In this document: piece by piece, positions 7,372 through 12,200 of the stretch
How positions within the stretch are numbered: position 1 is the stretch's first letter
Layout: each line of letters starts with the position of its first letter
Program-made: the position numbers and the translations under genes
The notes under the pieces: model-generated
The model's input: only the letters and a program-made list of their open reading frames with translations
What the model was told of the DNA's origin: nothing
Database searches by the model: none
Assembly: GCA_049424145.1 (NCBI GenBank)
Contig: JBMSSC010000085.1
Span: 1-12,200, forward strand
From: Bdellovibrionia bacterium
GTDB lineage: Bacteria > Bdellovibrionota > UBA1018
Direction: 5' to 3'
DNA: 12,200 bases

Positions 7372-7839
7372 GTGTCTGAAATCTCACTGAACCCCAAAGC
7401 CCTGAGCATCGAGGAATTCCGCCTCAAAGCCTACCGAAACCGAATTCAGGCCGATCATGAATCGGAGCTCAGGAACATGGAGGCTCAACATGCGCAAACC
7501 GTTGAAAAAACAACGGATCGTCAAAGGCAGCAACTGGACCAGTTAAAAGAGGCCTATGACGTTAAAATCTCCAAAGAGGCTGAGGATTTAGAAAACCAAT
7601 TGCATCGCATTCAACTTGAGAAGTCCGAAAAGCTGGAGCAGGAGAAACTCAAGGCCGATGCTGAAATCAATCGCTTCCGGACGGCACACCAAGACCAGGT
7701 GAGACAGATTCAAAAAAACAGCCAAAACGAACTTGAAACCCTGCAAAAAAAGTTAGGGGAAGCCACTCAAGCTCTCCATCAGCAAGTCAAAAAAACCAGC
7801 ATTCGAAACAAAGCCTATGAAAAAGGAGATCCGTCATGA
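7372..7839 (+). CDS. Hypothetical all-helical protein with 11-residue (hendecad) periodicity, about 155 aa
   Basis: E/Q/K/L-rich, with no Pro or Gly across the central ~120 aa. GTG 7372 lies 12 nt after AAGGAG (ATG 7342 is an alternative start). ATGA overlap with the next gene. Confidence 0.82.
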   Translation: MSEISLNPKALSIEEFRLKAYRNRIQADHESELRNMEAQHAQTVEKTTDRQRQQLDQLKEAYDVKISKEAEDLENQLHRIQLEKSEKLEQEKLKADAEINRFRTAHQDQVRQIQKNSQNELETLQKKLGEATQALHQQVKKTSIRNKAYEKGDPS

Positions 7840-8081
7840 AACCTGAGACCCCTCTGACCACCTCGCCTTCGACTTCCCCAGCTGCAGGAAAAACACCCGT
7901 TGCCTTCAGCCCCCCTGCCTCCGATCAAATCCCCATTAACGGACGACAGCAGATCTTAGACATGCTACGAGTGGCGGACCCTCAGTTTCGCGAGTCGATT
8001 TTAAGGCGCTTATCGAGTCGTGACTTAAGACTTGCAAACTCCTTGCGCAGGGATCTGAAAAACTTAGAAGTCGAGTACTAA
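7836..8081 (+). CDS. Small protein (81 aa): S/T/P-rich N-terminus plus a helical motif resembling the FliG ARM-C region
   Basis: Strong RBS (aaAAGGAGatccgtcATG) and ATGA coupling support translation. The FliG resemblance of INGRQQILDMLRVADPQFRESILRRLSSRDLRLANSLRRDL is by-eye only. Confidence 0.7.
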   Translation: MKPETPLTTSPSTSPAAGKTPVAFSPPASDQIPINGRQQILDMLRVADPQFRESILRRLSSRDLRLANSLRRDLKNLEVEY

Positions 8082-8972
8082 TCCGTACCTGAGACCCCGA
8101 GTGCTTGCGCGCACCCTCTGAAAACCCAAAACTTCCAGAGTCCTCCACAAGATGAGAGCACCCGCCAGAAGCACGTCCGCGCGCAGGGGGTGAACCCCGG
8201 GCAATTGCCGGCGCTCTTCCAGGGTGAGCTTTTTTAACTGCTCAACTTGGCTTTGAATCTCCCGCGGGGAGAGGGTCACGGTGTTGATGAGCTCGGCGTC
8301 AAACTGTCTAAGATTAAGGTGCCAGGAAGCTAGAGTGGTCACGGTTCCTGCCACGCCGATGAGCTCCGCCTCAGGCGACAAATCCCTTCGAATGAACTGA
8401 AGGGCAGAAAGCTGTTGATCGATGGCTTGTTGAGCCGCTTGAAACTCGTGGTTTTGAACCGGATTGGACTTAAAAAAACGCTCCGTAAAGCGCACCGACC
8501 CCACATCTAAGCTCTCTGATGACTGATGGGTGATCAGCTCAGTGCTGCCCCCCCCGATATCCAGAATCGCAAGACTCCCCGGATCGACTCCTGGGGGTCG
8601 ACTGCCTAAAAAAGTGAAAGCCGCTTCTTGTTGACCGCTGAGGGTTCGAAACGAGAATCCCACTTCTTTTTGAATCCTCTCAAAAAAGAGGTTTGTGTTC
8701 CGAGCATCGCGAGCCTGGCTCGTGGCCACACAAACGGTGGCCTTCAGATCCAAGTTCAAACTCTCCAGGCGCCTTGCATAGTGCTTAAGACACTCCAGTA
8801 CGCGAGCCATGGCAGCAGGTTGAAGCTCGCGTTTTTCATCCACCCCTTCTCCGAGACGAACGACGGTGGCTTCATCGCAAAGCGTGCGGATCACGGTGCG
8901 CGTTTTGGGATCGACTTGCGCAATGAGCAAAAGACAAGTTTGGGTGCCAAGATCAATGGCCGCTCGAATCAT
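8064..8972 (-). CDS. ppx: Ppx/GppA-family phosphatase, short two-domain form (exopolyphosphatase / pppGpp hydrolase)
   Basis: AAIDLGTQT, VRLGEGVD, ATSQARDARN, SGQQEA (catalytic Glu), DIGGGSTEL, GSVRFTE, GVAGT, RADVLLAG and GLRYGL. At 302 aa it has no C-terminal HD-like domain. Confidence 0.92.
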   Translation of the reverse strand: MIRAAIDLGTQTCLLLIAQVDPKTRTVIRTLCDEATVVRLGEGVDEKRELQPAAMARVLECLKHYARRLESLNLDLKATVCVATSQARDARNTNLFFERIQKEVGFSFRTLSGQQEAAFTFLGSRPPGVDPGSLAILDIGGGSTELITHQSSESLDVGSVRFTERFFKSNPVQNHEFQAAQQAIDQQLSALQFIRRDLSPEAELIGVAGTVTTLASWHLNLRQFDAELINTVTLSPREIQSQVEQLKKLTLEERRQLPGVHPLRADVLLAGALILWRTLEVLGFQRVRASTRGLRYGLVLDF

Positions 8973-9003
8973 ACCTCGGGTTCTCCGATCTTTTTTTCTA
9001 TCA

Positions 9004-9017
9004 CTAAAAATTTTTAG
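9004..9017. promoter_or_regulatory. Perfect 14-bp palindrome upstream of ppx, possible operator
   Basis: CTAAAAATTTTTAG is its own reverse complement and lies about 30 bp upstream of the ppx ATG in the 92-bp asmA-ppx gap. Confidence 0.3.
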
Positions 9018-9064
9018 ACCTCGATTGCACGAGACCTTTGGGCGAATTGGGGATTCTCTCGTTT

Positions 9065-11485
9065 TTAACGAAACAGTCCTTTCAAGGAGTTTTCAAGGCC
9101 CGGGGCCAGATTTCGGATGAGACCCTCTGCCTTTTTCTTCACCTCGTGCTGAGCTTTGCTCTGAACGGCTTGAGCCACATTCTTCAGCGCAACGCGAGCC
9201 AACTGCTCAGGCACCTCGGTGGCCTGGGTACAGGGCTGCCTTAAAGTGCATCCCACCTGAATCTGAAAACGAACCGGCTGAGATCCCTCTGCAAACAGAT
9301 GCTCCACTCGAACCCCTGCCTGTTCAATCGATACATCTTTTAAATGGGTGAGGTTGTAGGGATCGGAGACTTCCCACTGGGCTTTCAAAGTGGAATCCAA
9401 AAGATCGACTTGAGTGGAGCCCCGCAGATCCACCCCCTGATTCACTTGAGCTTTGGCAAAGAAATCGGGAGATTCCCAGCGTCCCCCCTGCAGATTAAAA
9501 TGAGTGGAGATCACCTCATAGGCGGCCTGATGATGGGGAAACTCAGGGAGACTCTTGCCTTGGAGTCCAGGGACTTTCTGAGACACCTTTTGAATCGAAG
9601 TAAGCAGGGTTTCTCGAACCATACGCATCACATCAAGGGTTGCAAAAGTGGCGGATTGGACTTGGGCAAACCCAGTTCCTTTGAGATTCTTGAGGGCAGC
9701 AGCGGTATTGAAGCTTGAACCCTGAGCGGTGAAGTCTAAGGTGAGCTTACCTGAAACGGTATTTTTAAATAACTCCATCTGAGAGGCTACGGCTTGATTT
9801 AAGTCAAAGCCTGAGACCTGAACAGCCATAGAATAAGCGGGTACTGCGGCACCCAGACTCAGCTGAGAGCTCCCTTTGACTGAACCGGAGAAGACGCTTA
9901 AGTTTGAAACGACGGCCTGAAGAGCGGAGTCTTTCACTCGAATCCGGCCTTTGAGATCTCGAATCTGAACCGCCTTAGCCTTGAGGGACTTCAGATCGGC
10001 CGTTAAGCTGAGATCGAGGTTTTTAAATGCTGGCTTCTCGCGCAGGGGAGCAAAAAGTGCGTCTCGATCTTGGATTTCAGGCTGACCTCCAGAAGCCAAT
10101 GAGGCAACGGGCTTGAGTGCTGCGGGTTTTTCGGTTGCTGAATCTTGAGTTTGAGAGCGAGTCTGAAAAACCATCAGTTGATCCAGGTCCATTCCACTGG
10201 AGGTGAGTTGAAAGTTGGCCTTGGGCTTGGAAAACGAGGTGCATTGGCCTTGAAGCTGAACCTCAGTTCCTGGGGCTTTCATCGTCACTTGAAGCTCTTC
10301 AATCTGATCTGTTTTGAGCTTAATCCGCCCATCGAATCGGGGCTGAGCCTTGAGCTGTGGGGCTTTTGCAGTAAGCCCCTTAAGCTCCAACAAGGCTTGG
10401 TACTGAGGCTTTTGTTGCGTCCCAACGAAGGATCCCTCCATCTGAGCGGATCCACCGAGATCCCATACCTTTAAAAGAGGAACGAGCTCAACCCAGGGTT
10501 GAAAGGCAATGGCATTCGTCTTGATTTTCAGATCCATATGAGGACTCTCCGAGGAGAGCTCTTGAATTGTACCCTGAGCGCTCAGTTCAGCATTAAAAAA
10601 CTGAGCTTGAAAGGAGCGGATCTGAGCGGAGCGAGCACTGGCCAAAAGATCCATGGAGGCGTGAGCAGGAACGCCGGCTTTTTTCTCAAACATTGAGGCT
10701 GCAGAAATCCTCAGAGGGTCGCCGTTGAGCTGGGCAGAGACTTCCACCTCTGGGTTTTTAGGATCCTTCCACCGAGGCGAGATCTGGGCGGTGAGCTTCA
10801 CTAAGCCCTGAACCCCGAATACGGAACCCATTTGGGTGTTTAAATCACTCCAAAGCTCCAGGTGAGCGGTTTTAGACAGCGAAAGATCCTGAAGAACGAG
10901 GTTGAGATTCTTCAACTCCGAGCTCAAGGCGGATCGCTCGTCTTGATAGATCAGCTTTGCCTCCCGAAATTCGACTGATAGTCGGGCTTGGGACACCCCA
11001 CGAGGCAAAGAGGAGAACGTCTGAGGACTTCCCTGCGCAGATGAAGAGGAAAGTGAATTCTGACCCACCGGAGTTTCTTTGGATTTTTCAGCAGCAGACA
11101 GGGGCACCAGACTCATGAGGTTGAGTTTTCCGTCCCGATATTTTTTTACCCAGACGGAAGGCTCCGTCATCTGAAAGCGGAGCTCAGGAGCACCTGAGAA
11201 TAAAGAGAGCCAAGGCACATGAAAAAAAGCATGCTCCACAGAAACGACCGGATCGCCCGAGGCGGTTTTCAGCTTCACGCCCCCCACTTCAATCCGAATC
11301 TGGCCCCAAAGAGAGAGGGAAAGCTTTCCTAGCTCCAAAGATCCTTGGATCCGCTCATTGGCCGCAGCCACCAACTTGGGCCGGTACTGATCCACATCCA
11401 CAATTTTGGGAATCACTAGCATTCCCAAAAGGATTAAACCCAATACCACCCCAAAAGCGATCCCCAGTTTTTTCACGCGTATCAC
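9065..11485 (-). CDS. AsmA-family protein, 806 aa
   Basis: N-terminal TM anchor followed by VDVDQYRPKLVAAANERIQG.LELGKLSLSLW, a typical AsmA N-terminus. The body is a long series of amphipathic beta strands with an MDLDQL motif, and the C-terminus is an amphipathic helix ending KGLFR. The GTG start overlaps the gatB TGA (GTGA). Confidence 0.85.
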   Translation of the reverse strand: MIRVKKLGIAFGVVLGLILLGMLVIPKIVDVDQYRPKLVAAANERIQGSLELGKLSLSLWGQIRIEVGGVKLKTASGDPVVSVEHAFFHVPWLSLFSGAPELRFQMTEPSVWVKKYRDGKLNLMSLVPLSAAEKSKETPVGQNSLSSSSAQGSPQTFSSLPRGVSQARLSVEFREAKLIYQDERSALSSELKNLNLVLQDLSLSKTAHLELWSDLNTQMGSVFGVQGLVKLTAQISPRWKDPKNPEVEVSAQLNGDPLRISAASMFEKKAGVPAHASMDLLASARSAQIRSFQAQFFNAELSAQGTIQELSSESPHMDLKIKTNAIAFQPWVELVPLLKVWDLGGSAQMEGSFVGTQQKPQYQALLELKGLTAKAPQLKAQPRFDGRIKLKTDQIEELQVTMKAPGTEVQLQGQCTSFSKPKANFQLTSSGMDLDQLMVFQTRSQTQDSATEKPAALKPVASLASGGQPEIQDRDALFAPLREKPAFKNLDLSLTADLKSLKAKAVQIRDLKGRIRVKDSALQAVVSNLSVFSGSVKGSSQLSLGAAVPAYSMAVQVSGFDLNQAVASQMELFKNTVSGKLTLDFTAQGSSFNTAAALKNLKGTGFAQVQSATFATLDVMRMVRETLLTSIQKVSQKVPGLQGKSLPEFPHHQAAYEVISTHFNLQGGRWESPDFFAKAQVNQGVDLRGSTQVDLLDSTLKAQWEVSDPYNLTHLKDVSIEQAGVRVEHLFAEGSQPVRFQIQVGCTLRQPCTQATEVPEQLARVALKNVAQAVQSKAQHEVKKKAEGLIRNLAPGLENSLKGLFR

Positions 11486-12200
11486 CCCGAAAGTTTTTTC
11501 TTAATCCATTCTCCTAATAATGCAGGATTGGCTTTTCCACCGGTTTGCTTCATCACTTGGCCCACAAAAAAGCCCAGCAACTTTTCTTTTCCTGATCGAT
11601 ATTCTGCCACTTGTTGGGGGAAATCTGCAATCACTTGATCAATGACCGGTAGGATTGCTCCCGCATCACTCACTTGCTTTAATCCCTCACGATCAATGAT
11701 ACTGGAGACCGAGTCTCCCGTTTTCCAAGCTAAGGAGACCACTTGCTTAGCTCCCGTGCTGGAGAGAACTTGAGTTTGAACGGCTTGAACCACATCGGCA
11801 ATATGAAGGGGGGTCAGCAAACTGGACTCAAGCTCAGAGGAGGTCTCATTGAGCAGACGCGCCACCTCGCCTGTCATCCAATTCGCCGTAGGCTTGGCTG
11901 CAGCCTTAGGGTCCATCCCTCGCTGAGTGAGGTGGGCTAAGGCTTTTTCAAAGAACTCCACCATCGACTTCGAGCTCGTTAACACGCCCGCATCATACGG
12001 GGAGAGACCCAGGTCCATCATGAGCCGATTTCTTTTTTGTTCAGGCAGCTCAGGAAGCGTCTTTTTCAACTCCTCCACCCACTGAGCCTCCAAGTGCAGG
12101 GGAATTAAATCTGGCTCTGGAAAGTAGCGATAATCCTGTGCCTCTTCTTTGGAGCGCATGGAAATCGTGATGTTCTTCTCCGAATCATATGTCCTGGTTT
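11482..12200 (-). CDS. gatB: Asp/Glu-tRNA amidotransferase subunit B, 5'-truncated by the window edge
   Basis: The frame is open to the edge (TRTYDSEKNITISMRSKEEAQDYRYFPEPDL), with LPELP, ANW, GLKQVSD and GKEKLLGFFVGQVMKQTGGKANP. Confidence 0.97.
   Translation of the reverse strand, partial: TRTYDSEKNITISMRSKEEAQDYRYFPEPDLIPLHLEAQWVEELKKTLPELPEQKRNRLMMDLGLSPYDAGVLTSSKSMVEFFEKALAHLTQRGMDPKAAAKPTANWMTGEVARLLNETSSELESSLLTPLHIADVVQAVQTQVLSSTGAKQVVSLAWKTGDSVSSIIDREGLKQVSDAGAILPVIDQVIADFPQQVAEYRSGKEKLLGFFVGQVMKQTGGKANPALLGEWIKKKLSG

Noticed and set aside
8628..11940. Plus-strand ORFs of 65-129 aa over ppx, asmA and gatB
   Set aside because: Antisense shadows of well-supported genes, with no motifs.

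Overview
Core-genome bacterial window of roughly 50% GC (estimated by eye). Gene content and synteny suggest a deltaproteobacteria-like lineage, possibly Bdellovibrionota; this is an inference. From left to right: a sigma54-dependent AAA+ activator with no N-terminal regulatory domain (-); a YkgJ-type Cys-cluster gene coupled to a PfkB-family kinase (+); a stand-alone tRNA-Ala(TGC) (-); a small protein with a Gly/Cys tail (+); a 4-TM hypothetical protein (-); the ygfA-rny-ymdB operon (-); a divergent two-gene unit encoding an 11-residue-periodic helical protein and an 81-aa protein resembling an isolated FliG armadillo motif (+); a short Ppx/GppA phosphatase, an AsmA-family protein and the 3' part of gatB (-). 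No mobile element, CRISPR array or rRNA is visible. The most notable points are (1) an RNase Y with intact KH/HD domains whose transmembrane anchor and coiled coil are replaced by a short amphipathic peptide plus a disordered linker, and (2) the uncharacterised hendecad-repeat plus mini-FliG-like operon, located where zapA/6S RNA usually sit. All family assignments come from motif recognition, not from database searches.
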